A DNA stretch of 64,000 nt from Octopus bimaculoides (Eukaryota), in NCBI RefSeq assembly GCF_001194135.2, contig NC_068996.1:55117301-55181300 (forward strand), written 5' to 3'. This document shows, piece by piece, positions 62,916 to 64,000 of the stretch (position 1 is its first letter; each line of letters opens with the position of its first letter). The notes below the pieces were generated by a model. That model was not told the origin of the DNA, did not search any database, and saw only the letters and a program-made list of their open reading frames with translations. Both the position numbers and the translations under genes were made by a program.

Positions 62916-64000
62916 CATTACAGTTCATTAAAAATTCAAACAATAACAATAAACGTAAAACATTTTTGTTTAAAAACTGATTTCTTTCGAATAATGTAGA
63001 TTAAATTTTGTAGAGAAAATGATGTAATGGATTGAATTAACTTGCATTAATTATTGGTACTTATAAAAAGAGAACAACCATTCTGGTGAGTAAGATATTG
63101 AACTACCAGTTCTTAATTCAAGAATACAAATTCTCTGCAAGTATTTCATTTTGTAACTTGAACACACTATTCCTGCATTGTTTCAGTTACAGATAGGTAA
63201 ATATGTATCTTAGATTATCTGAGAATACCAACAAAATTGATATATTTATTTCTTACCTGCTTAATGCCATAGAAATCAATGTAAAGTGCTATTCCTTAAA
63301 AGTTCCACTCCAACCCCTTTTAGAGCAGATGAAATATCAAAACTTTCTACTTATTTTTTAATGACTTTGAAAATGGAAAGTGATCCTAACAGAGTTTGAC
63401 TATGGCTCCAAGTGATAAACTGCTATCCATTAAAAAGTGATAATGCAGGGCTTGAAAGGGCTCTTTAACGTTGCTGAGAACATGACAACGTCTATGGTGC
63501 TGGTGCCAAGAAGGAAAAAAGGCACTCAATACACTCTGTAAAGTTTGGTGTTAAGAATGGTTATACAACCAAAAAACAAGGACAGAACAGAGACATTGGA
63601 GCAAGAAGTTGTTATCCAATGTATCAGATTCTGTTGAACAATCCAAACCATACCAATATAGAAAATGGATGTAAAATGATGTTATGCATTTAGTTCAATG
63701 CATTACTGATTAATTTCAATATCAATCCTTGATATTTTTATAATAAATTTTACGAACTTTGCTACAATGCAAGAAAAACTGCCAGCAGAGGCAATAAAGT
63801 GTTTTTCCTCTCACCATGCAAAGAAAACTCTGTATGAACCACAAGTAAACTGATGGGGATGGTAGTGGGATAATACTTGAAGAATGAAAGGAATGAGATA
63901 AACCCGATTGCTATTTGATATGTAACAATGTGTACAAAAGACAACAGAGATGAGGGGAGAGCATGGCTAGGCATTAAAGTTCTTAAAAAAGGCACTCTGC

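Noticed and set aside
63257-63300. Strong donor-like AG|GTAAGA on the minus strand preceded by ATG GCA TTA AGC AG (and IDFYG in another frame); it could splice to an alternative AG at 61048-61049 to give an NHR1-less isoform
   Set aside because: It does not match the phase of the better acceptor at 61058, the IDFYG frame is closed by a stop just upstream, and such motifs arise by chance. Transcript evidence would be needed.

Overview
AT-rich, microsatellite- and gap-ridden animal genomic DNA. The repeat families and draft-assembly style point to an octopus (inference). One gene spans the window on the minus strand: a neuralized-like protein 4 (NEURL4) orthologue. I reconstructed 20 consecutive GT-AG coding exons (61057 down to 1213; 3501 nt, about 1167 codons) with consistent phases and no stops. 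They encode a Gly-rich linker, NHR domains 2-6 and the start of the Cys-containing C-terminal region. NHR1 lies beyond 64000 and the C-terminal region continues below position 1. Eight of these exons are not represented in the ORF track. The introns hold at least five SINE-like families, two full-length dead mariner elements with TIRs, piggyBac-type MITEs, and remnants of RTE, CR1/L2-like, R4/Dong-like, Gypsy and Penelope-like (PLE) elements. The most unusual signal is a set of PLE-type minimal hammerhead ribozyme motifs. Two of them lie about 1 kb apart in opposite orientations in one intron; one has an intact catalytic core and the other is sense to the NEURL4 pre-mRNA. Also notable are a 120-bp direct repeat bracketing a symmetric in-frame exon and a 38-bp minisatellite beside it. 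No prokaryotic-type system (CRISPR, operon) and no tRNA or rRNA gene was seen. All TE family names come from recognition, not from database searches.
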